Below, in pieces: positions 1 to 9,551 of a DNA stretch of 64,000 bases (position 1 is the first letter of the stretch; each line of letters opens with the position of its first letter). A model generated the notes under the pieces. That model was not told the origin of the DNA, ran no database searches, and was given only the letters and a program-made list of their open reading frames with translations. Source of the DNA: Candidatus Bathyarchaeota archaeon (GTDB lineage Archaea; Thermoproteota; Bathyarchaeia; Bathyarchaeales; Bathycorpusculaceae); NCBI GenBank assembly GCA_963780185.1, contig CAWABA010000006.1, forward strand, positions 512,001-576,000, given 5' to 3'. A program made the translations under genes and the position numbers.

Positions 1-801
1 CGTGCAGGCTTCTTCTAAGGCGTCATTTGGAGGAAAATCGTATGCTGCTCGCAATCGTCCTTTTTTAATTTCCCTTGTAAGCGCGGCTGAGTTAACAGCT
101 TCCGGATAGGAGACGTTTATCACCAATCCTCCGTCTTGAATTTGAGCAAGCTCTTTCGGACTTAAAACCTCACCGGCCAATCGGTGAGTATGAATGCTAA
201 TCACGTTGCACAATGACAACAGGTCTCTCTTAGGTAGATATTTTATCCCGAGTTTTTCCTCTGCCGTAATATGTCTTTTCGAGCCATAATAGTAGATATT
301 GTTGATCCCGAGATTTTTCAACAAATCGGCAAAAATGGTGCCGATATTCCCTAAGCCTATTATGCCTACACAGAGTTCATCTAGTGAACGACCCATTAAT
401 TCCATCACTTTGCCTGTTCTTCCTATGTCAAAGATATTCCTTATCATTGCAAGCATGAGAGTCAATGCGTACTCAGCCGTTGCATTAAAATCAGCGCCCG
501 GACAGTTAGCAATTGCAATCCCACGTTTAGTGGCCACATCACAAGCAGGGATATAAACTCGATAGTTTGTACTATTGTACACGATAGCTTGAAGAGATTC
601 TGCGCTGACTATTACTGTCTCGGTGACTGTTTCAATTCCACCAAGGATGTACCCAGATTTTCCCTTTAGAGCGTCTATTAGCTCATTTTCTGTTGCACAA
701 TGAACTGATAAACGGTGTAACTTGAATCCTGCATTTTCAATCTCTTGTTCGTTTTTTTCTGAAAGCAGATTGTCCGTGACCAAGATTTCTTTTGTAGGCA
801 A
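1..801 (-). CDS. D-isomer-specific 2-hydroxyacid dehydrogenase (PGDH/glyoxylate reductase family), 3' end outside window
   Basis: Missing from the ORF track. Manual translation from TTG at 801: MPTKEILVTDNLL...IANCPGADFNATAEYAL...VGIIGLGNIG (GxGxxG Rossmann motif)...LVINVSYPEAVN...RAAYDF. Frame stays open to the window edge. Confidence 0.85.
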   Translation of the reverse strand, partial: MPTKEILVTDNLLSEKNEQEIENAGFKLHRLSVHCATENELIDALKGKSGYILGGIETVTETVIVSAESLQAIVYNSTNYRVYIPACDVATKRGIAIANCPGADFNATAEYALTLMLAMIRNIFDIGRTGKVMELMGRSLDELCVGIIGLGNIGTIFADLLKNLGINNIYYYGSKRHITAEEKLGIKYLPKRDLLSLCNVISIHTHRLAGEVLSPKELAQIQDGGLVINVSYPEAVNSAALTREIKKGRLRAAYDFPPNDALEEACT

Positions 802-964
802 ATTTATCAATCCCTATCAAACAGGTTACGAATTGGTCCTTATTCAGCATGTCAGTCGCAACGGAAGATAACTGATACTCTCGATGAATTGAAATATGCT
901 CATCCAAATATTTAGACAAAGAATTAAATTAATAGTTTACTGATAAGTCTTGGGGAGAAAAACG

Positions 965-1250
965 ATGAGTGAGAACGAAATGCTTGTTTGGTTCCAAATA
1001 GAACCGTATCTTTTTATTGCTCGCACAATTAAATCATCCCCAAAGACAGCCCGGAGAAATATCAAAATCTAGAAGAGAGCAAAAGAAATTGTTGGTTGGA
1101 AAAAGATTCTGGGTTCGAAAAAAATTAAACGAAGATAAAACTGGCGAAATGTTGGGCAATTTGGAAAAAGCAGGTGCTATCGAATATACTGGGACGAATT
1201 GGAAGATTACACCAATAGGGCAAAAAGTTCTAGAAAAATACTTTGAATGA
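965..1250 (+). CDS. Small winged-helix protein, apparent frameshift near 1011-1016
   Basis: C-terminus LEKAGAIEYTGTNWKITPIGQKVLE resembles a wHTH wing. ATG at 965 is out of frame across a T5 run. Confidence 0.5.
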
Positions 1251-1372
1251 ATCCCCGACTAATGTTTATTATTTTACAATAGCGCCTGAGAGTTTAACTA
1301 AACACAATATTTCGCGTTTAATTAAGCCATTTTTATTTGCTTTAAGAGGCACAGACATTTCCCGAGCAATCA

Positions 1373-1930
1373 CTAGATAGGACCACGTTTCCTCTTGATT
1401 TCATTGAGTTCTTTGATAAATCCTTCATCATAGATATTCTCATGATTCACATTCTCCGTGTGTACATTATCAAACCCCTCTGAGTAGGACAAGTCAACCA
1501 ACCAAGCTTTCCAACATTTCCATTCTTTTTCCATTTTTTTGTTTTTTTGGTCCTTCCACGCCCTTTCGAATAGACCGAAGATTGCGTCCAAATATGAAAT
1601 TGTCATTTTACGATTCCGAGAATAGTTCGGATCTTTTCCATCATCCTTCTTCTGATGGTAAAGAAAATCGTTAATTTCAGGATGAGACATGACTGCTAAC
1701 GAGGCGTGCATAAAATCGGTGCGCAATCTTTCGTAGGCTAAATTTTTTGACTCTTCATTTTCCAAAATTATTTCGTAAGCCAAAACGACAAATGTTATGG
1801 CGAGAACAATGCCTGTCAGTATTGTTGCTCCAGTGGTGTCGATTGTAAATATTTTGGCAGAGGCAATAAATATAATAGCAATCGCAAACGAAATTAAAAC
1901 CAAAATTAGATAGTGGCGATTGACTTTCAT
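1373..1930 (-). CDS. Hypothetical membrane protein (two N-terminal TM helices, helical C-terminal domain)
   Basis: 185-aa ORF with two hydrophobic segments and a WKCWKAWL motif, in AT-rich island context. Confidence 0.7.
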   Translation of the reverse strand: MKVNRHYLILVLISFAIAIIFIASAKIFTIDTTGATILTGIVLAITFVVLAYEIILENEESKNLAYERLRTDFMHASLAVMSHPEINDFLYHQKKDDGKDPNYSRNRKMTISYLDAIFGLFERAWKDQKNKKMEKEWKCWKAWLVDLSYSEGFDNVHTENVNHENIYDEGFIKELNEIKRKRGPI

Positions 1931-2155
1931 TTGTATTACACCAAAAATGTGAGTAAGCGCCTACTCCTTATTAGTTTTTGCATTTACGGACCAACCTATT
2001 TGGATGGTGAGTTGCACAAGACACCTTTTTTTCTCTTTCACCAACTGGATGAGGTCGGAACCCTTTTGGGTTCAAGGATCTCCAGCCCCAAACCGTGGTA
2101 TAAACTTGCGAAAATAGTCTGATTTTGCAAATTTTAGCAAAAGAGCCTTTTGTGG

Positions 2156-2177
2156 TTTGAACCCAATTGGGTTCAAA
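2156..2177. repeat. Perfect 22-bp palindrome TTTGAACCCAATTGGGTTCAAA
   Basis: Read directly. A related site, GAACCCTTTTGGGTTC, lies at 2058-2073. Confidence 0.9.
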
Positions 2178-2194
2178 TCCCGCCCGGTCCACCA
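2169..2194 (+). mobile_element. att-like remnant: 3' fragment of tRNA-Ala marking the right border of an integrated element
   Basis: GGGTTCAAATCCCGCCCGGTCCACCA is a T-loop plus acceptor strand with U70, discriminator A and CCA, typical of archaeal tRNA-Ala. No D-arm or anticodon upstream, and the DNA to the left is AT-rich. Confidence 0.75.
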
Positions 2195-2211
2195 ATTCAA
2201 CCAAGTTTTTC

Positions 2212-2646
2212 TTATTCTGTCTCTTCTAAGAAGAGAATGCTAATGCCGAATGGTTTTTTCCGCATTTCATCCGCTAACTCTTGTTCTTGGCGGGCAAAAA
2301 GGGCGGCGCCGCTAATTCTATGAGCCAACGCTAAAATGAAGCAGTCGGGAAGCGAAATCGCTCTTTTGCATTTGATTTTGGAAGCTTCGTTGATCAATCG
2401 TGAGGTTTCTTCAACCGAAAAATATCCTGAAGCAAGGAGTTTGTTCACTTTTTCAGTTGACTGTTCCCATCCAAGTTTTCTGCAAAGGATGTACCGCAAC
2501 TCTGTGACGGCAAGTTCTGTTGTATAAGCGTCAATAATTTCTGTTTCAAGGGCTTTTTTGAGCTTCTGCCCCAAGTGGTCGCAGTACATTAGCTCAATTA
2601 GTGCGCTTGTGTCTATGGCTAATTTTCCTTTCAAGTCTTTCATCAT
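2212..2646 (-). CDS. vapC: PIN-domain toxin (VapC)
   Basis: AIDTSALI, TELRY and ISLPDCFILALA are PIN acidic motifs. Overlaps the upstream antitoxin. Confidence 0.9.
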   Translation of the reverse strand: MMKDLKGKLAIDTSALIELMYCDHLGQKLKKALETEIIDAYTTELAVTELRYILCRKLGWEQSTEKVNKLLASGYFSVEETSRLINEASKIKCKRAISLPDCFILALAHRISGAALFARQEQELADEMRKKPFGISILFLEETE

Positions 2647-2863
2647 CAAGCTTCCGTTCTATTTCTAATTCTTCAAGCGCCTCTTTTACTCCAGTGGTTG
2701 GGCTGCATGCTTCTTCGAGCAACTGAGGATTTTTCTCCCGCTGGTCCACCAAGAAGCGTAGGGCGTCATTTAGATCAACTCGGCGTCCCAACTTGATCTG
2801 AAGTTCGGATGCAACCTTCAACAGTTTTTCTTTAACATCCTCAGTAACCGATATTGTAGTCAT
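2594..2863 (-). CDS. vapB: VapB-type antitoxin
   Basis: From ATG 2863: MTTISVTEDVKEKLLKVASELQIKLGRRVDLNDALRFL (RHH-like). Directly upstream of and overlapping vapC. Confidence 0.8.
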   Translation of the reverse strand: MTTISVTEDVKEKLLKVASELQIKLGRRVDLNDALRFLVDQREKNPQLLEEACSPTTGVKEALEELEIERKLDDERLERKISHRHKRTN

Positions 2864-2874
2864 AGAGATCACAG

Positions 2875-2895
2875 CTATTATAGCAGCTATAATAG
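2875..2895. promoter_or_regulatory. Palindromic operator upstream of vapBC
   Basis: CTATTATAGC-A-GCTATAATAG is a perfect inverted repeat 12 bp upstream of the vapB start. VapBC autoregulation at palindromes is established. Confidence 0.65.
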
Positions 2896-3059
2896 ATATA
2901 GCTATCTGCCCTGTCCACTGAATCGTTTGTTGGAACAACTCCCCTGACTCCGCCAGCGCCACCCAAAAGTCGCAACCCGCAAAAATCTTCAAGCCTCTTG
3001 AATTGGAAAAACCAAACCTAAGCGAAACTGAACCTGCTGCCGAAGGAACCGCCCGCCCA

Positions 3060-3233
3060 TAATCCGCCCATAACCGACAATACCGCCTACATAGAGTCAA
3101 CATGGCAAGTCGCAATCCGCCCATGCACACGAACAACCATCAAACAGCCCCGTGTCCTAAACCAAAAAAGCAACCCAAAACGCAACCTGCCACCCGCGAA
3201 AGTCGCAACTTTCACCAAAACAAAAGTCGCAAC
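3060..3233 (+). repeat. Dispersed ~175-bp element, copy 1 (internal AAGTCGCAAC and AATCCGCCC direct repeats)
   Basis: Collinear with the reverse complement of 22951-23125. Confidence 0.85.
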
Positions 3234-3341
3234 AAAAAATAATTCGGGCAGACAAGAAAATGCAAAGCCAATCCAGAGGCAGAACAGAACCAAAATCCGC
3301 AAAATGGGCAAGAACAGCCCTTTGTTTTCTTTTGTCGTGGG

Positions 3342-3370
3342 ATATATCGATTTTCGATATATGTCGAAAA
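3342..3370. promoter_or_regulatory. Overlapping inverted repeats (ATATATCGA-TTT-TCGATATAT; TTTTCGA-N6-TCGAAAA)
   Basis: Seen directly, just upstream of a TTATAT box at ~3383. Confidence 0.4.
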
Positions 3371-3661
3371 ATAAAATACGCCTTATATGACGACTCACTA
3401 CACTGAGGTGTATAGGAGTGTAACACATGAACAGCACAACACAAATACAGCAAGACCTAAGCGGGGACTCAGCAAACCCGATGCCGGTTTGCCTAATCTA
3501 CTTGCGGAAAAGCGAGAAAACAAGGCAGAAACAGGAACCATAAAAGAGCCACACCATTTTTTACGGTAATCATGTTCTAAACAGGTTGTTTTTGTTCTTT
3601 TGCAGCGTGATTGTTATTAAGACCTCTTTTTAATTCTCTTAGCATCTGCAGAGAGAGGAAA

Positions 3662-4192
3662 ATGGAAAAACTCAAGTTGCTAACATTCGCCGCTTTGGCA
3701 GTTGTAATGTTGGGTGCACTGTGCATTTCTTCAGCGTTCGCCACAGACACAACAAAGTTCAGCCTTGCTTTGGCGTCAAATCAAATCCAATACAATATTC
3801 CTGCAGGAACCACATTTAACGGTTCAATCGCCACCACAGGCATGGTTCGGTTCTGGGTAACCGCACCCAATGATGCCCAAATCGTCAACTTAGGCATAAT
3901 AGACAACGACCGCAGCTTCGGCTTCGTTTCCCAGCAAAACGGAACATACACCTTCAACTTCGAAAACGACCTCCCCAACACGATTACAGTAACCTTCTCC
4001 TACACCGCTGACCCCCAGCTTCCAAACACCAACAATGGAACCCCCCTAACCTACATCGCCATAGTGGTAGCAGTAGCCGTCGTAGGAAGCATCATCATAT
4101 TCTTCGGCATACGCCGCAAAACCAAAAAAGTAATAGCCGCCTACCAAAAACAAGAATCACAAGCCAAACAAAACGGCGGCTCAAACAAGTAA
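3662..4192 (+). CDS. Secreted, C-terminally anchored emp24/gp25L/p24 (GOLD-like) domain protein
   Basis: Signal peptide (SAFA), beta-rich domain (VRFWVTAPN...FGFVSQQNGTYTFNFEN...TVTFSY), TM helix and basic tail. Confidence 0.6.
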   Translation: MEKLKLLTFAALAVVMLGALCISSAFATDTTKFSLALASNQIQYNIPAGTTFNGSIATTGMVRFWVTAPNDAQIVNLGIIDNDRSFGFVSQQNGTYTFNFENDLPNTITVTFSYTADPQLPNTNNGTPLTYIAIVVAVAVVGSIIIFFGIRRKTKKVIAAYQKQESQAKQNGGSNK

Positions 4193-4246
4193 AACGCGTT
4201 CCGCTTCGAAACTGGTTGGCAACGGGAAATTCTTAGGCGTTTGTGG

Positions 4247-5635
4247 TTAGATCTTGTTTAGTTCTTGTTTTTTGCGGTGGATAGCTGCAACCGTTGCATG
4301 CACGTTTTTCTCTTCCACAACCAGTATAATCTGCGACGTATGAGGGGCAAAAACGCCTCGTTTAATGTTGATTCCTGAAAGCGCGCTAATAGCCATGGAA
4401 GCGACGCCTGGAGAATCCTTCATTCTGTCCCCAATCAAGGTAACAACGCCTAAGCCATATTCAATCCGCATTTTCTCATCAAACCTCTTCAGCTTCTCCT
4501 CACTTTTGCGCAGGAAATCAGCGTCCAAGAAGAGGAAGTCGCGGATTCTCTCGCCTGTCTCAAGGGCTTCAGCGCCCAAATCTAAAAAGTCGTTTCTCCG
4601 CTCCCAAATCCGCAGCAAATCTTCAAGTGAACGGCTTTTCTCATCGTTCATCGTTAAGATTGCGCAGCCTGATTTGCCAGTTAAGCATTTCACTACTTCT
4701 CCGCCGCAGGTTTCCGCCTCAATCGCCGAGTACATTTCGGGCTCATCAATCGGCACCACCTTAAGCGGCTGACTGAACCTTCTGGCGATGGCTATCGCGG
4801 GGCTCTGCACGATTTTCATGCCCATCATCGACGCCTTATGCGCTTCGTTGTAGGTGAGGGCTTTGACATGTTCGGTTTTCTGTCCCTTCACGATTTTTGG
4901 GTCGGCGCTTTGCAGAGGCACGTCTTTGTAGAGAAGCGTTTGGGTGCTGTACAGGTCTTTGAGCAGGCATGAAGTGAAAACCGCCGTTAAATCCGACCCG
5001 CCTCTCCCCAAAATGGTTTCTAAGCCATCTGAGGTCATGCCTAAAAAGCCAGCTAAACAGAGAATTTTGCCGTCTTCCAAAGGCCCGATTAACGTGTGAA
5101 GCCTCTTTTTGCTTTGCGCATAGTGAGGTACGGCGTCCTCAAAATTGTCGTCTGTCACAATCGGCCACTCTTCCATCGAAACACGGCAGGAATCTAAACC
5201 GTTGCTTTTCAAAATGTAATCCATCAGAGTGGACATGGCGACTTCGCCGCCGAACGTGAGAATCCTCGCTTTCACGTTGCCGCTGAACCGTTTGTTAATA
5301 GAGTCAAGAGTCGCCTGGGTCAACGCCTCGTAGTTGGCTAAATCGGTTAAGGCTTGCTTTTGCCATTTGTCTGCGACATGAGTTTTTACGAGTTGCTTAT
5401 AAACTTCGAAAACGGGTGCAAGAGGCAGAGTGCATGATTGTGCGTAGGATTCGCCGATGTTTATGAGGGCGTCGGTGGTTCCCATGGGAGCTGAAAAAAC
5501 AATGATGGGGCCAAACCCGTCTTTTTCCCGAATTTCCCTTATCCGCTTAATGATTTTGGGGATTCCTTTTCCTTCAACATCCAGAAGGCTTCCGCCAAAC
5601 TTTGCTACTGAAAGAGATTTGAAACCGCATACCAC
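4247..5635 (-). CDS. lysC: Aspartate kinase
   Basis: VAKFGGS, LGRGGSD, SADPKIV and LTYNEA motifs plus C-terminal ACT-like VVTLIGDRMKDSPGV. Exact start uncertain. Confidence 0.85.
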   Translation of the reverse strand: MVCGFKSLSVAKFGGSLLDVEGKGIPKIIKRIREIREKDGFGPIIVFSAPMGTTDALINIGESYAQSCTLPLAPVFEVYKQLVKTHVADKWQKQALTDLANYEALTQATLDSINKRFSGNVKARILTFGGEVAMSTLMDYILKSNGLDSCRVSMEEWPIVTDDNFEDAVPHYAQSKKRLHTLIGPLEDGKILCLAGFLGMTSDGLETILGRGGSDLTAVFTSCLLKDLYSTQTLLYKDVPLQSADPKIVKGQKTEHVKALTYNEAHKASMMGMKIVQSPAIAIARRFSQPLKVVPIDEPEMYSAIEAETCGGEVVKCLTGKSGCAILTMNDEKSRSLEDLLRIWERRNDFLDLGAEALETGERIRDFLFLDADFLRKSEEKLKRFDEKMRIEYGLGVVTLIGDRMKDSPGVASMAISALSGINIKRGVFAPHTSQIILVVEEKNVHATVAAIHRKKQELNKI

Positions 5636-5767
5636 CCTAACAGAAGAAGGCAACTGAACTCTAGCTTTAATAATTTTCCTACATTCCCCGACATCGCTGT
5701 TTGTCACCAAAGCTTTTTGGTGTTGGCGTTTGTGTTTTTGTGCAAGGGTACCCGATAGGTAGGTAAA

Positions 5768-5801
5768 GCATATACGGAAAGCATATACACTTTGCATCTA
5801 C
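5768..5801 (+). promoter_or_regulatory. Three tandem GCAT(A/C)TAC boxes at 13-bp spacing
   Basis: GCATATAC at 5768 and 5781, GCATCTAC at 5794, ending 25 bp before the RHH gene. Confidence 0.55.
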
Positions 5802-5825
5802 AACCTTCAAATAGAAGAGAAATTC

Positions 5826-6158
5826 ATGCCAAAAATCGACAAAAGCTTCAGGTTCAACCCCCAAACCTACGCTAACTTCAAAGAATTAGCCGCAAAAAAC
5901 GGATACACCGCAACAGGCGCCCTGGAAAAGTTCATGGCAGACGCCGTCAAGTTTGGGCTGGCTTTTCCCTCTGGCAAAAACGCGGCTGTCGAGGCTGAAG
6001 CCCGCGTCATGCTGGCATGGCTCAAAGAAGGCAAATACGGGGTAAACCTAGCGGCAAAGAAGAAACAAGCACAAGAGGACGCCTACTCCAGTCCGCCAAA
6101 AATCGAAGACACCCAGTTGAGAGAGGACATCGAAGAAACACTCAAAAAGATGCCTTAA
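5826..6158 (+). CDS. Ribbon-helix-helix-like DNA-binding protein (probable internal indel errors)
   Basis: N-terminal KSFRFNPQTYANFKELAAKNGYTATGALEKFM has an RHH pattern. Confidence 0.6.
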   Translation: MPKIDKSFRFNPQTYANFKELAAKNGYTATGALEKFMADAVKFGLAFPSGKNAAVEAEARVMLAWLKEGKYGVNLAAKKKQAQEDAYSSPPKIEDTQLREDIEETLKKMP

Positions 6159-6353
6159 CCTCGCCAACCCCTTCAAACTTAAGCAGGCATAAAAAGTGCA
6201 ACACGATAGCAAAGAACGGTGGTTGGGATAACAATCTTTTCCGCATGTTCCTTTGCCTTCACGGAGAGTTAGTTAGTCAACAAACTTTGACTTAGCCCAG
6301 TCAAGAAACTTTTACGAATAACCTTTTATCCCCAGTCATACCCACTGAAACAC

Positions 6354-8979
6354 ATGCGAACCCATAATAGAAGTTTAGCATTGTTTACAATTCTAATCAT
6401 ATTTTTCTCAACCCTGCTGATGATTGATTACGTGCCCTCTACGTTAGCGCAGGATGGAACAACTGTAACCGGCATCCTATCTTCAGACACAACTTGGACG
6501 CTTGCAGGCAGCCCCTACAACCTCACGGGTCCAGTGTCAGTCAACGTAGGAGTAACGTTGACGATACAGCCGGGAACAACCGTTAACATTGGCAGCTACT
6601 ACCTCCAAGTCAACGGCACTTTAACCGCTGAAGGTTCCAGCGGGAGCCCAATTCAGTTCAACGGCGGGTTACTTCGATTCACCCCAATATGCGTTCCATG
6701 GAACGAAAACACGGGAAGCGGCTGCATCGTCCAGTATGCGAATCTGGTGTCAACTTCAGTTTCTGCCAGCGTAGCAATAAAACTTGACCAAGACACTGTT
6801 TCAGGCGGCACCATCACCCTCGGCGACAACTCCGCGATAACAAACGACAACATGGCGGGGTCCGTTACCGCGGGGAACAGTGTAATATTCACGAACAACC
6901 AAATCAACGGCAGCGTCATCACAGGCAACAGCAGCACCATAACAAACAACAACATCGAAGCTGGAATTACCGCTGGCGATGGATGCAGCATCCTAAACAA
7001 CACGGTTGTAGGCGGAGTCGTTTGTTCAGGCAGTACGTCTGTAATCTCAGATAACAACATCCAAGGGGGCCAGGTTACCGGCGGCTCAATAACCGGCAAT
7101 ACAATATCCAGCGTTGCAGGCACCTTTGATAGTTGGAATGGTTACACCCTGCCTGATTTCCCCAACGTCGATGTCACTGGAAACGTGGTCTCAAACAACA
7201 AAATAACTAACGGCACAATCCAAGCCACAGAGATAGTAACCAACAATGTCATAGTGAGCGGAACCTACATAGGTGAGTTCAGGGTCTTCGGCGGCTACGC
7301 AGATTTCAAAGAAGACACCGCGGCAATTACCAGCACAAGCGGAGGCTCACCCGTAATTTCAGGCAACACCATAACGGGAGGCGGAACAAGCACTTCCGCA
7401 TTTATCTTCAGCGAGTCCAGCAGCACCGTCCCAGCCATCGACCTATCCTCAGGCAGCGCCGCATCAATCACCAACAACATCATTGTCGGTCGCTCTGGGT
7501 TAGCCATCAGCGGCAATTGCCCCTCAGTTACAAACAACACCATCACCGGAGACGTTGACGGGTCAATTCCAATAGTAACCAACAACACAGTCACGGGGTC
7601 ACTTAACCTCAGCAACGGCACCATATCCGTTCTATACAACACTGTCAGCTTGGAGGTTAACGTAAACGCGCCGTCATGGGTTATTATGGATAACACGGCG
7701 CAAGGAATAACGGTAAATCAAGGCAACGGGTACATTTTGGACAATACCGTCAACGGCAATAGCGTCAACGTGAACTCTACAGCAGGCACTAGGCATAGGA
7801 ATCGACGTCCTTGGAAGCGGAACAGTTGAAAGAAACATCGTGGAAAATAATCCCTTCGGAATAGCACTTGCCAACGGCACAGTTACCCTCCGCGACAACA
7901 CAATCATCAACAACAACGTTGGAATCGCCCTCTACTCACCCAACGCCGCAACCACAATCAACTACAACAACATCTTTTCCAACAGCCAAAACATCGTTTT
8001 AGAACCGAACACCCCCAGCAACTACAATGCAACCTACAATTGGTGGGGAACAACCGACACCAACGCGATAAACCAAACAATCTTCGACTCCAAAGACAAC
8101 TTTAACTTGGGCACAGTAACGTTTGTTCCGTTTCTCACCGCCTCGAACTCGCAAGCAACGCCAAACCCCAACGATGTTCCACCGACACCAAGCCAGTCAA
8201 CTCCAACAAATCCACAATTCACACTGAACCCCACCTCAGGTCCAGTGGGTGCAACTGTCCTGATTACGGGAACAGGCTACTCTCCAAATGAACCAGCAAC
8301 TTTCATTGTGGGCGGCAACGAAATGTTTGCCCCCGCCATCACCGCGGACGCCAACGGAAACATAAACGGCAACACCACTGTACCGTACTTGGCTACGGGG
8401 ACATACCAAATCGTGTCTTACGACGCTTCCGGCAAGACCGCCTCCGCAAACTTCGTGGTTACAAACGGCACATCTCAGACCCCCGCACCACATTACACCA
8501 TCACGATTACGCATGTTGGTTCGGGCACCGTTTCTCCAACTGATGGACAATACTCAATTAACGCGTCCCTGACACTCACAGCAACACCAGCCAGCAACTA
8601 CGCCTTCATGTGTTGGCTCCAAAACGGCACACTGCTTAGCTCAAGCAACCCATACAACTACGCAACCACAAACAACTACGTCATAACCGCCGTATTCTAC
8701 GACCCGAGCAGTAAAGCATCGGCTACCCCAACCCCGACGCCTGCATCAAGTTCCAGCGGTTCAGGCGACAACAATGCATCACCAACCCCAACATCCAGCG
8801 TCTCCGTCAACCCAACCGCCACAGCTACGACAAACCCGACTTCAACGCCTCTCTCAACCCCCAGCGTCCCAGAACTCACACTACTATCAATAGTTCCCTT
8901 GCTTGCCATTGCACTCTTCGTCGCCATCCAGCAGCGTCGCCGAAAAATCAACCAACCGCAGCAGACTGGCTCTCAGTGA
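6354..8979 (+). CDS. Secreted right-handed parallel beta-helix (NosD/pectin-lyase-like) surface protein with Ig-like domains and VPEL-TM-basic tail; frameshift near 7790
   Basis: ORFs 6354-7829 and 7840-8979 join through ...LGIGIDVLGSGTVERNIVENN. Features: TTWTLAGSPY start motif, ITNNxI repeats, NATYNWWG, PT linker, VPEL, TM, RRRK. Confidence 0.85.
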
Positions 8980-8981
8980 GC

Positions 8982-9010
8982 CAACAGCGGCTGTTGCCCT
9001 TTTTTCCTTT
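8982..9010 (+). terminator. Inverted repeat plus T-tract
   Basis: CAACAGC-G-GCTGTTG followed by CCCTTTTTTCCTTT immediately after the stop codon. Confidence 0.5.
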
Positions 9011-9126
9011 CTACGCCATCTTTGCGAAGAAAAAGCAGGGTTACAGGTTAGCGTATTCTTGCGTAGACGTTTTTCGGGAAGGAAAAAGGAAATAAGCTCC
9101 GAGCGAGAATTCCATGTGAGAGGTTT

Positions 9127-9525
9127 ATGGTTATGTATGATGGATACGTGTTTTTCTGTGATAAATCTTCCTTACAACAGTGCCTAAGCAACAAACGTTA
9201 TACTTGCGTTGGGGAAAAAGCTAAGCCTGAGGAACTTAAGTCGGGGTCAGTGGTTTTCCTCTACAACTCGGACGATAAGAGTTTGCTTGGACCCTTCACG
9301 ACTTTAGAGGAAGGCGATGAGCTAGATGCAGGCACATGGGTTGAAAATGAGGAGCACCAATACCCCTACGATGACATTAAAGTAACATGGGAAGAGCTTC
9401 ACACCATCCAAAACGCGCCTGAAAAGCTCCCGTTCCTAAATGAGCCTAAAACATGCAAGCTTTCAATAGGCCAAACCCAGCGGACTCTGGATTTCCTCAA
9501 AAAGGGAGCAACCCTACATTTCTGA
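9127..9525 (+). CDS. Stand-alone DCD-like (EVE/PUA-superfamily) domain protein
   Basis: GYVFFCDKSSLQQCL...LKSGSVVFLYNSDDKSLLGPF matches the DCD pattern GFIFxC...ECL...GxxLFLYN...LxGxF. Confidence 0.65.
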   Translation: MVMYDGYVFFCDKSSLQQCLSNKRYTCVGEKAKPEELKSGSVVFLYNSDDKSLLGPFTTLEEGDELDAGTWVENEEHQYPYDDIKVTWEELHTIQNAPEKLPFLNEPKTCKLSIGQTQRTLDFLKKGATLHF

Positions 9526-9551
9526 TAAAAACCGGTAAGACATAGGCTGCT

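Noticed and set aside
2169-2194. Complete, split or permuted tRNA-Ala gene
   Set aside because: Only 26 nt match, the 5' T-stem is incomplete, and no 5' half, anticodon or BHB leader was found in the window.
2950-3240. CRISPR array from the recurring AAGTCGCAAC motif
   Set aside because: Repeats are only 10-12 bp with irregular spacing, and no cas genes are present.
2864-3453. Minus-strand ORFs 3087-3437 and 3157-3453, and the N-terminal extension of 2594-3136
   Set aside because: Low-complexity translations of the A-rich repeat element; vapB has its own ATG and operator at 2863-2895.
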